A stretch of 64,000 bases of DNA, taken from Scyliorhinus canicula (lineage: Eukaryota). The stretch spans positions 248,001 to 312,000 of the forward strand of contig NW_024055909.1 in NCBI RefSeq assembly GCF_902713615.1. Reading direction: 5' to 3'. Shown here piece after piece: positions 26,705 to 39,168 of the stretch (position 1 is the first letter of the stretch; each line of letters begins with the position of its first letter). The position numbers and the translations under genes are program-made. Under the pieces are notes generated by a model. The model was not told the DNA's origin and searched no databases. It saw only the letters and a list, made by a program, of their open reading frames with translations.

Positions 26705-27252
26705 AATCTCGACCATTCAGGCCAAAGCAGTGTGCTTTGAAATTTAGCATGGCCAATCCACCTAACCCGCACATCTTTGGACTGTGGGAGGAAACCCGGA
26801 GGAAACCCACGCACACAGGGGGAGGACGTGCAGACTCCACAGAGACAGTAACCCAGCTGGGAATCGAACCTGGGACCCTGGAGCTGTGAAGCATTTATGC
26901 TAACCACCATGCTACCCTGCTGCCCCTGCTAACCACCATGCTACCCTGCTGCCCCGATGGTCATCTATGGTAGATGATGCTGTCAGCCCAAGCCTGAATA
27001 TTGTCCAGGGCTTTCTGTAATTTGGACATGGACTGCTTCATTATCGGAAGAGTCGTGAATGATGTTGAACATTGTGCGGTCTTCCGCAAACATCCCCACT
27101 TCTGACCTTATGATGGAAGGGAGGTCGTTGATGAAGCAGCTGAAGAAGGTTGGGCCTGGGACACTACTCTGAGGAACTCCTGTAGTGATATCCTGGAGCT
27201 GAGATGATTGACCTCCAACCACCACAGCCATGTCCATTTAACGTCAGACCGT

Positions 27253-27412
27253 GGGCTGGATTCTCCAGTCCCCCAGCCGCGTGTTTCTCGGTGGCTGTGG
27301 TGAGATTCTATCTTCCTGCCACTTATCAATGGAATTTCCCATTGAAGTCACCCCACACCGCCTGGAAAACCCGCGGGCGTGGTTGCGATGGTGGCGGGAA
27401 CAGAGAATCGCA
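27253..27412. mobile_element. GC-rich non-autonomous DNA transposon (MITE-like) fragment; related copy at ~41895-42080
   Basis: Begins GGGCTGGATTCTCC and ends GAGAATCGC. Shares CTGCCACTT...AATGGAATTTCCCATT with 41980-42010 in the opposite orientation. Confidence 0.55.
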
Positions 27413-29555
27413 ATATCCCTGTTCCTGTTGATTCTGTGCCAGAGCGCGAATCTTTGTAGGTTTATCTTGGCCCTGCAGTAAGTATTAGTGCACGAGCTCC
27501 TCAGCATTTATAATACTTCAGGTCCTGCCCAGTTACTGGTGCATTATCTCTGATCACATTACACAAAATTCCACCGCTGCTTCGTTACACTACATTATGT
27601 CCTATACATTACATTACACCATTCAACTGTTTATCGCACTCTACTTACATCTCAGTTGTTCGCAAATTACATCTGTAGCATTGACACAAAACTTTGACTT
27701 AGTTTTTTGTGCACTAGAATACTTTCTTTTTTTTAAAGACTCGGCCTTGCTTATGATTCTGCGACAGTAGAGAATGTCTCAATTTCTATTATACTGGATC
27801 CTGACTCAGGAATTATTTCATTGGATGATTTGCCACTCCTGTCTATGCATCAAGTCTCTCTATCCAGTGTTACACGGTAACCATGTTTATTCTCAATGCC
27901 CCGTTTCGAGCAACGTGTCCACTTATATTGCATTGGACCATATCTCGCTTAATGGCAAGGTAAGATAATGCCTTTGTTTGCATAATAATACTAATCTTTA
28001 TTAGTGTCACAAGTATATTTACATTAACACTGCAATGAAGTTACTGTGAACATCCCCGAGTCGCCACACCCCGGCGTTGCGGTACATTGAGGGAGAATTC
28101 AAAATGTCCAATGCACACAACAAATTCGTCTTTCAGGACTATGGGAGGAAATCAGAGCACCCGGAGGAAACACACAGACACGGGGAGAACGTGCAGACTT
28201 CACACAGACAGTGACTCAAGTCTGCAATCGAACCCGGGACATTGGCACAGTGAAGCAACAATGCGAACCACTGTGCTACTGTGCCGACGTGTATCATTTC
28301 ATAGTTATTCATTTCCATGTTTTTTCACGCTAAATTATGTACCTGTTATTACTGCACGAAATAAAAACTAAATCCTTCCCTCCCACGCGCTAGTTATTTC
28401 TGCACTAAACCCTCACCGATAATGGATAAGAATCTGAAAGTTCTCCCACTTATAATACCCTGGAACCTGACGCCGTCTAGATTAGGTTTTCTTTTTAAGT
28501 TATTGCTTCACTGAATCACACCCACGGTGACTTTCAGACCTTTGGGAGGGGTGGGTGGGGGAGCAGAGCGAAGCTCACAGGATAATAATTGATAACGTGG
28601 AAACGGATATCGTGGATTGGAATTGTTAGTTTATTATCATGTGTACCGAGGTACAGTGAAAAGTATTTGTCTCCGTGCAGCTCAAACAGATAATTTGTAC
28701 ATGAAAAGAAAATATCTAATAAGGCAACAGAAGGCACACAATGTAAATGCATAGACACTGGCATCGGGTGAAGCATAAAGGAGTGTAGTATTAATCAGGT
28801 CAGTCCGTAAGAGGGTCATTTAGGAGTCTGGTAACAGCGGGAATGAAGCTGTTTTTGAATCTGTTCGTGCATGTTCTCTTTTGTGTCTCCTGCCTGATGG
28901 AAGAAGTTGGAAGGGTGAGTAAGTGGTGTGGGAATGGTCTTTGATTATGCTGCCCACTTCCCCAGGCAGCAAGAGGTATAGATGGAGTCAATGGATGGTA
29001 TGCGGGTTCGTGTGATGGACTGGGCTGTGTTCATGACTCTCTGAAGTTCCTTGCGGCCTTGGGCCGAGCAGTTGCCATACCAGGCTGTGATGCAGCCAGA
29101 TAGGATGCTTTCTATGGTGCATCTGTAAAGTTAGTGTGAAACTTTCCGAAGAGCAGCAAGTGTTTCATTCTTTTCCAATCAAGGCAAATGACAAATCAAG
29201 TCTGAGCAAACACTCCACGACATGTTGACGTAGTATCATTTCATCATGGCTTGCACAATTTGTCATACCCTCTGTCTTTATATCAGCATCGTCTGTTGAT
29301 GCCTGCATTGAGCATTGAACAATACAAGGCAGAAGCTGGTGGGTATCTGCTCCTGACCCTCGGACTGGTTTAATCCAACTGAATATGAGTTAAGCCAGGG
29401 GTACTTGCTGGGGAAATGTTCAATAAGGTTTCATTTAAAGTGAACGTCATGAAATATGAACAGCAATTACATTTGGAATAAAATTAAATCTCGAAACTAA
29501 CAGGTGAATTTAACTATTTATCTCTGTGGACATCAATTCAATTATGGACAATTTT

Positions 29556-29818
29556 CACACACAGTGAAGGAAGGCCCTGGTCCTGTGCTGTATTGTATAC
29601 ACGCACGCACACATACACTGACCGAAGGGCCTGTTCCTGTGCTGTATTTTGTACACGCACACACGCACTGGCCGAAGGGTCAGTTCGTGTTCTGTATTGG
29701 TACACACACACAGGTCGAACAACTTGTTCCTGTGCTGTATTGTACACACACACACACTGGCCGAAGGGCCTGTTACTGTGCTGTATTGTAAAAACACACA
29801 CACAAACACACACACAGA
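29556..29818 (+). repeat. Minisatellite: 5 units of GGCCGAAGGGCCTGTTCCTGTGCTGTATTGTA separated by (CA)n
   Basis: Units start at about 29570, 29619, 29669, 29713 and 29758. Confidence 0.9.
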
Positions 29819-30809
29819 ACGCAGGCTGAACTCTGCACCCTGGCTGCCTCCGAGTCACTGTACCACCTGGCGTGAGATGGAATTGGACATTAAAGCCCTT
29901 TTGGTTCCCTTACTGCGCCCTGGTCCATTTTCTTCCCTTTAAGCAAGATCAGCAATTGAAATTTTCCTCTTTTGCTAAATAAGGTGAACAAATCAGCAGT
30001 TAATCTGCAATTCGCTGTAATTTAGATCTTTGGATCTCTGGCCGCAATTTATGAGATTGTCTATCAGTGGAATTGATAGATTAAAGCCAGCATGCATTTT
30101 TTCACGAGCATGGTTGATTTTATTTTTGACATGAAAGAAGAAATGGTTAATTAGGGTAAATTTGTTGATGTGGTGTTAACGGACTCCCAAAAGGCAAACC
30201 GCAAAACAACAAACGTGTGAGAGCTAAGGGAGCATAAGTGACTGTAACAATATGGATAGAAAACCAACTGAATGATAGGATGCAAAGAGTGGTGATGAAG
30301 GATTGCTTACCGGACTGGAGTAAGGATTGGAGTGAAGTTGCCCAGGGATCTGTGTTGAAACCTTTGCTCTTCCTGATATATATTCTAGTCAAGACCTTGG
30401 TGTATGGGCAACACAGTGGCTAGCATTGCTGCCTACGGCGCTGAAGACCCGGGTTCGAATCCCGGCCCTGGATCACTGTTTGTGTGGAGTTTGCACATTC
30501 ACTCTGTGTCTGCGTGGGTTTCGCCCCCACAACCCAAAAAAGATGCGCAGGTTAGGTGGATTGGCCATGCTAAATTGCCCCTTAATTGGAAAAAGTAATT
30601 TGGTGCTCTAAATTTTAAAATAAAAAGACCTTCGTGTATAGGGCGCATATTCTAAAAGTTAAGCTGATACAGAATTACAGAGGAACATCGGCAGGTTGCT
30701 GCCATGGTAGGGAAAAGGACATATTACATTGCAAGCAGATATATGCAAAGGTTTTGCAGAACTAACGAAGAAAACAACATAGAATTAATTGTGCAATTGC
30801 AAAGACCTC

Positions 30810-32810
30810 ATCCTTACCTATATGCCTGCTGAAGATACATCTGTCCATGACAGTAACGGCAGAAGTGACCACCGCGCAGTCCTTGTGGAGAAAAAGTCAA
30901 GACTTAATGATGTGTGGCATTACCACTGTGCTAAATGGGATGTACTTCAAACAGATCTAGGAATTCAAGACTGGGTCTCCATGAGGTTCTGTGGACCATC
31001 AGCAGCAGCAGATTTGTATTTAACCACAATCTGCAACCTCAGGATATGGCATATCCACACTCTACCATTACCATGAAGCCAGGGGATCAACGCTGGTTCA
31101 ATAGTGTGCAGGCTAGCATGCCAGGAGCAACACCAGGCATACCTAAAATTACCATAATACAGGACTAATTATGTGTCAAACAGCATAAGGAACAATTAAT
31201 AGACAGGGCTAAACAATTCGAGAACCAACAGACCAACTCTAACCCCTAGAGTCTTGTCACATTCAGCCATGAATGGTGGTGGACAATTAAACAACTGACT
31301 GGCGGAGGAGGCTTCATACATATTCCCAATCACAATGATGGACGAATCCAGCACATCTGTGCAAAAGACAAGACCGAAGAATTCACAGCAATCGTCAGGC
31401 AGAAGTGCTGTGTGGATGATCCATCTCGGTCTCATCCGGAGCTCCCAAGCATCACAAATGCCAGTCTTCAGCCAATACAACTCACTCCACATAATATCAA
31501 GAAACGACTGAAGGCACTGGATACTGACTGCAAAGGCTATGGGCCCTGATAATATTCCAGCAATAGTACTGAAGACTTGTGCTCCAGAACTTGCCGCAGC
31601 CCCAGCTAACGTGTTCCAGCCCAGCTACAACACTGGCATTTACCCGGCAATGTGGAATACTGCCCAGTTTTGTCCTGTATACAAGAAACAGGACAAATCC
31701 AACCCAACTAATTACTGCCCTATCGATGTACTCTCCATCATCAGCAAAGCGATGGAAGGAGTCATCCACAGTGCTATCAAACGGCCCTTGCTCAGCAATA
31801 ACCTGCTCATGGACGCACAGTTTGAGTTTCGCCACGATCACTCAGCTCCTGATCTTATTACAGCCTTTGTTAAAACACGGGAAAAGAACTGAATGACAGC
31901 GGTAAGACTCGACTGTCCTTGACATCAAGGAAGCATTTAACCGATTACGGCATCAAGGAGTGCTGGCAAAACTGGGGTCAATCTGAATCAGGGGGAAAAA
32001 ATCTCCTCTGGTTGGAGTTATACCTGACACAAGGGAAGGTGGTTGTGGTTGCTGGAGATCACTTATCCCAGCTCTTGAACATTATTGCAGGAGTTCCTCA
32101 GGACAGTGTTCTCTAGACAATCTTCCACTATTTCATCAATGACCTCCCTCCCAGCATAAGATCAGAAGTGGGAATGATCACAGTATTCAGCACCATTCGT
32201 GACTCCTCAGATAATGAAGCAGTAAATGCAGACAATACCCAGGTTTGGGCTGACAAGTGGGAAACCTCACTCCACACAAGTGACAGGCAATGACCATCTC
32301 ATACAACAGAGGATCTAACCATCGGCCTTGACGTTCAATGGCATTACCATCGGTGCCACCCCCGTAATCAATACCCTGGAGCTACCCTTGATCAGAAACT
32401 GAACTGGATTAGCCGTATTAATACTGTGGCTACCAGAGCAAGTCCAAGGCTAGGAATCCGACGGATAGGAACATCACTTCCTGATGCCCGAAAGCCTGTC
32501 CACCATCTACAAGGCACAAATCAGGAGTGCAATTCAATTCTCTCCACTTTCCTGGATGAGCAAAGGTCCAAATACACTCCAAAAGCTCGACACCATCCAG
32601 GAAAACGCAATCCACTCGGTTTTAAGCCCTTGCACAAATATTCAATCCATGCACCACCGACGAACAGTGGAAGCCGTGCGTACTATATACCAGCTGCATT
32701 TTTGGAAACTGCCATGGTTTCTTAGGCAGCACCTTCCAAACCCAGGACTACTGCCACCTAGAAGGACAACAGCAGCAGAGACGTGGGAACCCATCCATCT
32801 GGAGTTTCTC
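30810..32810 (+). mobile_element. Decayed non-LTR retrotransposon ORF2 (RT), CR1/L2-Jockey group
   Basis: ORF 31539-31892 GPDNIPAIVLKTCAPELA...NYCPIDVLSIISKAMEG. GVPQDSVL at ~32090. C-terminal LQKLDTIQ. Confidence 0.85.
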
Positions 32811-33254
32811 CTCCTTGGATTAGTTTATTGTCACCTGTACTGAGATACAGTGGAAAGTATTGTCCCGCGTACAGTGCTGACAGATCATTCCGTACATGAA
32901 AAGAAAATACATAATAGGGAAAGCATAAAATACACAATGTAAATACATAGTCACAGGCATTGGATGTTTCATACTGGAGTGCAGTACTCCTGAGTAGAGA
33001 AGATGTGTGAAGAGATCAGATCAGTCCATAAATCCAGCAGTCCATGAGAGGCTCGTTTAGGGTACATCGCTGTTTTTTCACTATTCCTGGATCAAAATCC
33101 TAGAACCCCTTCCCCAACAGCACTGTTGGTGTAACTGCACCTCAGGGACTTCAGCGGTTCAAGAAGGTAACTCACCAACACCTAGTGGATGGCAATAGGG
33201 ATGGGCAATTAATGCTGGCCCAGCCAGCGACACCCACATCCCCTAAATTAATAA

Positions 33255-33560
33255 AAACGGGTAGTGCAGTCAGATAATTACTAGGTTAGCAATCCAGAGG
33301 CCTGAATCAGTGCTCTGGAGAGAGAAATTCAAATTACACTAAGGCAACTTGGGGCATTTCAATTCATTTAGTTAATACATCGGAAATAAAATTGTTTGTG
33401 CCATTAATGACAATCTGGAAACGACCGAAATTTAGTCATCGCCCATCTGGTTCATTAACGCCCTTCGGGAGGCAAAATATTCCCTATTTAACCGGTCTGT
33501 CCTACATGTGACTGTGAAATTTCCGAGCAAGCCATTAATTTAATCGCAGCTGTAACAGAT
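33255..33560 (+). mobile_element. Older SINE family (also ~36600-36900 and ~59188-59525)
   Basis: All three copies share CTAG(C/T)AATCCAGAG...CCCATCTGGTTC...GGAAGGAAA...CTACATGTGACTCCAG blocks. Confidence 0.65.
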
Positions 33561-33579
33561 AGGCAAACTCGATTAAAAC

Positions 33580-34740
33580 CGACCGATGTGCAAGTTTTCA
33601 TAAAGATGATTCACAAGCGCCTTTTCAGAATGGACAATTAATGCTGACTTTCGCCTCTGCCGTTCCTGCCGGCACGGCACTCCACCAGCCCCGTGGTGGT
33701 GGCGGCCCTGAGAGTCTGGGGCAATGGAGGAAGCATGTGGGAGCAGAGGGAGCATCGGTCTGGTCTCCAATCTGCAATAATCACCGGTTTGCCCGGGGGA
33801 GGCTGGATGGAGGGTTTCGGAGATGGCAAAGAGCAGGGAACGAGAGGATGGGAGATCTGTTTATAGAGGGGAGTTTTCCCAGCCTGAGGGAGTTGGAGGA
33901 AATTTTTGAATTGATGGGAGGGAATGAGTTTAGGTACCTAAAGGCGCGGGACTACACAGACAGGTCTCAACTTTCCCGCTCCTACCACCCAAAGGGATAC
34001 AGGACAGGATAGTTTCCAGAGTATGGGTGGGAGAAGAGAATGTTTCGGACATTTGTAAAGAACTCATGGGGTCAGAGGAAATTCAGACCGAGGAGCAGAA
34101 ACAAAAATGGGAGGAGGAGTTAGGAAGAGGGAAAGAGGATGGCCTCTGGGTGGATGCGTTGAGTAGAGTCAACGCATCCACAACATGTGCCAGGCTCAGC
34201 CTGATACAATTTAAGGTTGTTCACCGGGGTAGAAGACAGGTGTGCGGGAGGACCTGCAAACCATGTTCATATGTTCTGGGCATGCCCGAAGGTTAGGAGA
34301 TTCTGGCAGATGTTTGTGGGCATCATGCCCACGGTGCTAAAAACAAGGTGGCACCGAGTCCAGAGGTGGCAATTTTCGGAGTGTCGGAAGATCCGTGTAT
34401 CCAGGAGGAGAAAGACCAGACGTTCTGGCCCTTGCCTACCTGGTAGCCCAGAGACGGGTATTATTAGCTTGGAGGGACTCAAATCCCCTGAAGTCAGAGA
34501 CCTGGCTGTCGGACATGGCTAACTTTCTCTGTTTGGAGCGTCGACTTCTTTTGGGAAAATTAACTGTCAGCAGAGAGGGGGCGGGGTTAGGGTCTAGTTT
34601 CGTTTAGATTAGTGTGTAAGAAAGGTAGGACCTGTGAGGAAGGAAGACGGCCTTTGCACTATGTTTATATTTGGATGCACACTGCTTTTATTGTTATAAA
34701 ATCATAAATACCTTAATAAAATGTTTATAAAATAAAAAGA
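33580..34740 (+). mobile_element. 5'-truncated L1-clade LINE 3' end
   Basis: KWEEELG, RVNASTTCARLSLIQFKVVHR, CAGGPANHVHMFWACP motifs. Ends in an AATAAA/A-rich tail at ~34716-34740. Same family as 25296-26704. Confidence 0.85.
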
Positions 34741-37700
34741 ATAATGCTGACTTTGTCAGTGATGCTCATGATCCCTTTTCGGAATGAAAACAGTGCATAG
34801 TACTGCGGATTTGGGTAATCTAAAACAAAATCAACAAAAGAATCCTCCACACCAGGCCAGTGAGCACCAGCCGAGAGAGAAACCAATTCACTTTTCATGT
34901 GGATGACCAGTTACAAAATCTCATTGATATGAATCTAAAGCGCAGGCCTGTCCTCCAGAGTATCCTAAACCATTGTGCATTCTTCAACTAAAATCACAGA
35001 TTAGCTGGCCATTTATCATACCTCTGTTTGTTGGAGCTTGTTGTGCTCAAATTACCTGCTGTACTTCCAACATTACAGCAGTTTCTAAATTCAGAAAAAG
35101 GAGATCAATGAGTTGTAAGTGTTTTGGAATGATCTACTGTTGGGTAAAGCGTCCCATTGATGCAAGTTCTTTCTAAATGTTAACATTTTAAAACGCAAGT
35201 AGTGAAACGTTGGAAACTCTGAGATTAATGTGATTATAGGTCACTCCACTGACTGATGTTTTTAATTATCCAGTTCAAATGAGTGAAATCTTCAATCAGA
35301 TTAACCGTCTGTGGAATACCAGCCTGTTAAAAGAAGCTTCATTGATTGTGATATTTGAACTTTCAAACTGAATTCTTTATTTAAATGTTTTTTTATTTGA
35401 ATTAAATAACATGTGTCCCAACGGACGTTCAAGAAGTCTCTATTCAGTTTGAACCAACTGACAATATTCGTAAAATAAATCGCTATTTTGAGTTGAAAAT
35501 AATCAATAACATACTGTGTCTATCTGGTTTTGCTACCATGCACACTTTATTGTAACCAAGGAGTTGCATATGTAAATAAATACAGAAGGAGAAGCCCACA
35601 AAAGATTGCGGACTGACAAAAACACAATAAATATTTTCCCATTAACACAGCAGAGAAACGGCTTCAAACATTCAGATAAATTAACGGATTCCAGTAGTGA
35701 GTGTTTTTGGATATTATATGTCAGTTATATGAGCGAAAAGTCACATTGATACCTATGTTCAGAATTAAGAAAAATTATCTTTAAGTATTCGAAATATAAT
35801 GACACGTAAAATGTGTTTGTGGAGTTTTTGTATGTCCCATCTTTCCCGTCTTTCTCCTATCTGGTTCTCTGCCTTGTCTCTCCACAGTGGATCATTGTCT
35901 TTAATCCACAACATGAACTCAAAATCTAGCCAATGTGTACTCTCGGGAAGATTCATTAGCTTCTAACTAAGTTGATTTAATTCGATGAATTGTAATCTGT
36001 AGAGGGAGCTCGACAGTAAAATGTGCCTTGATCATTCAATGAACTTGTTGTATTTGATGGCACTTTAGGGGAACCTCTACTTCGCATATGAGCTGGATTG
36101 TACCTACTGGCGAGGATTTGATGTGGCAGTAGCGCAGGAAGTTTCCCAGACCCTACCCACCCTTGGAGCGTTTAATGGAACAGTGTAGAGGAAGCATTAT
36201 TCTGTATTTAATCTCCACTGCACCAGTCCTCCGCAGTTTTTATATGACTGTGTAGAGGGAGATTTACGCCGTTTCTAAGCTGTGACACCTTCTGCACTGG
36301 AGCGATTCTATAGAATGCCTCCAGTGTCTTCTTACTGACGTCCAGCCCGTTAGTGCTCGATAGCCTGGGGGTGTATTTCACCCATAAAATCTGGAAGAAC
36401 AGAATGTATTGGACTGACACAAAGGAAAACAGTACCTGTTCGATTTACGAATTAGTCAAGCACAAGGTGAGAACAGCATGTGTCAGGCCTATCTGTCGAT
36501 ACATCTATCAAACCATTCATTGATTCCACAAACAAAATATTTCGGCATTGATGTATTGTTCATTCGAGCATCAACATTGTCATTACTTTTTGTGTGGTGT
36601 GGGGGCAGACAGTGGCACAGTATTGATGATATTGGTCTGGTAATCCAACGGCCGAGGTCAATGATCCGGCGTAAGGCAGCTGGTGGATATGAATAAATCT
36701 GAAATACATGGTAATGGTGAACTTGGAAACACCTCTGCTTCACCAGTGAAGAAAACTTGCCATCCTTACCTGGTGTCACTGACATGTAACTCCAGGCAGA
36801 CAGCAATGCGACTGACTCTGCAACGTCTACTAATATGATCCAGCAAACCCTTCACCTCAAGAGCAACTGGGGACAGGCGACAGATGCCAATCTACCCAGA
36901 GACACCCTTAATCCTATGGACGAATCAAGGGGAAAACACAAATATCCATGTTTATCTATTGCAAAATGTATCCTCTGTCTGATAGTCTGCCTTTATTTAT
37001 TTCTATACATCCATCACAATATTATGAGATATTGGAGAGATCTTCCAACAGTTTCTGTTGCCAACATGGTGTCAAAGAAGCTGGATAACTCTCCTCTCCT
37101 GACAGATGGGAACTGTTCACATAAGTTCACAATTCAAAACATAGAAAATGATCTCCAGTGTTGTTGCTGGGTGAGTTTGTCTATAAATAGTCTTCTTGAA
37201 AATACCGAGAGTTTGAAGTTGGCTTGCAGCACCAAGGAACCCATGAATTTTGTTTACTGCAAAAAGCCACCAGATGCTTCCTGTCAATGAGACTGCCTGG
37301 CTGCAGCCAGTTGGGTTGCTGCCAAATACTGTGTGAGACAGATCCGCGCCAATATGAATGGACAAAGTGGGATTCAGCCACGACGAATAAATGTTGTAAT
37401 CGCATCTGAAGTACACATTTTAAATGTTATTTCACAAAAATAATCATTTTTAGTGAATTCCCTGTTCAACGTGAGATATAAAACGATCCTAAAATAGTAA
37501 ACTAAGAATACAGTGTTTAATTTGTATACTTGCCAAGTAAAATTAATTCAAGTTATTAAAGACGGTTATTGAGAACTTCATGAAGTGCGAATGAAATGGA
37601 TGTTCCCATAAACAGCATCTAATGGGGTCAGTGGGATGGCAAAAATACATTTATATTAAATTAAAAGAGAATCAGAGTATCATTTGGAATATTCACCGTG

Positions 37701-38814
37701 TTGAGCCCCTCATTTAAACGGAGGCATCTATGATACCCGATTAGCACCGTGTTCTGTACAGTTTAATTTGTGCTGATTTCCATTATTTAACAATCCCTCT
37801 TATTGCTGCCAATGAGTGGAGAAATGACCCGTTCATAACCTGTTTTAGTGGAAGATAAAACATTTATTCTTGTGATATTTTATTATAGAACAGTACAGCA
37901 CAGAACAGGCCCTTCGGCCCTCGATGTTGTGCCAAGCAATGATCACCCTACTCAAACCCACGTATCCACCCTATACTCGTAACCCAACAACCCCCCCCCC
38001 CTCCCCCCCCCCCCTAACCTTACTTTTTAGGACACTACGGGCAATTTAGCATGGCCAATCCACCTAACCCGCACATCTTTGGACTTGTTATATTCCGCAA
38101 AGTCCCGATATCCTGTGTTCCCAACACTAGTGAATGTTAGACAGCCGGTGGCCAATACAAACTAGCTGCAATTATTTGGATGCTGAAGGAGAACCTTGCT
38201 GATCGCCGGATCCCTTCTGATTCATTAATTTTTCTGTCCAATGCTGATGTCAATTTTATGTTTCTCTGTCCACTCACAATGCGATAACGGGGAAAACGGA
38301 GTTCTTTTCCCGCTAATATTTACAGGACTGTCTTAATCTCAAGAGAATTTCGTGAAATGTCAGGAGAAATATTGTATAATGTGAGAATTCCTCTTACCCA
38401 CAGTCCCACATTGTACAGTGATAGGCACCCACACGGGAAATACAATCACTTTGTTCATCCCGTCATTTGGTTACAGAAACCGATAACAATTCCTCTGGTA
38501 GATAATACTTTATTGTTGTAATGGGAAAGAGACCCGAAGTGGTCGAAATCAGACTGACAGACGATTCGTTCCCTGATACTATCATTGAATCTGTTTATGT
38601 TCACTCCCTTATATTGGAGTGTAGAAATAAAGGGGCTTAATTTACAATGGAATTAGTTTTTATAACCAAATATTCAGATGTAATTTTGCCATTAGGAAGA
38701 GGAGAGGTATTACAACGAATCCATTCAGACAAATAAATATTCCGATACAGATAAAATGTCAGTTTTAATAATAACCCTATAGTAAATCTCTGAGTCCATT
38801 CTGTTGGGGGTGTG

Positions 38815-38905
38815 GAAGGCGGGACGTGGATCCAGTCGCCGCCTCCACCAGGGAATCAACAGGCGGCGCCTGGAAAGCCGCCCCCTTCTGCCGGGTATTT
38901 AAATG
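38815..38905 (+). promoter_or_regulatory. Putative IgH V promoter (TATA-like box plus GC-rich motifs)
   Basis: TATTTAAA at 38896-38903, about 80-90 nt before the leader ATGs. GC-rich motifs upstream (AGGCGGGAC, GCCGCCCC). No octamer seen here, consistent with shark IgH promoters. Confidence 0.5.
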
Positions 38906-38994
38906 CCGCTCACTGGGACCCGAATCCAACAGTCCGGGAGCTGGTTTGTTCACTGAGTTCCTGACACAACCATTTCCCCCAAATGGCCAGAAGG

Positions 38995-39040
38995 ATGAGG
39001 TGGGCCATTTCTCTCAGTTTGTTGCTGACTTTCCTATCCC
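38995..39040 (+). CDS. IGHM: IgH leader exon (MRWAISLSLLLTFLS-R); an in-frame upstream ATG at 38983 would add MARR
   Basis: Hydrophobic signal peptide; donor C|GTGAGT at 39040/39041, phase 1. Confidence 0.92.
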
Positions 39041-39168
39041 GTGAGTAATTTTTATTGTCCAAGTCTCTCACTGTTACTGTCTCAGTGTTAGTCTCTCTCT
39101 GGAATGTTCCAGAGTCACCAATCATTTCACCAGCATTAATCCTCGGCCTTTTTGATATATTTTTACAG

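Noticed and set aside
26899-26955. 29-bp tandem duplication at a SINE 5' end
   Set aside because: A local slippage or insertion by-product with no sign of function.
29556-29818. CRISPR-like repeat-spacer pattern
   Set aside because: Spacers are simple (CA)n, repeats are degenerate LINE-tail motifs, the context is vertebrate, and there are no cas genes.
35882-35888. CACAGTG heptamer upstream of the V gene
   Set aside because: No nonamer at 12 or 23 nt spacing and no V or D sequence adjacent.
36835-37416. 151-aa ORF and overlapping ORFs upstream of the IgM promoter
   Set aside because: Starts within a SINE tail, has no recognisable motif or splice structure, and ORFs overlap on both strands.
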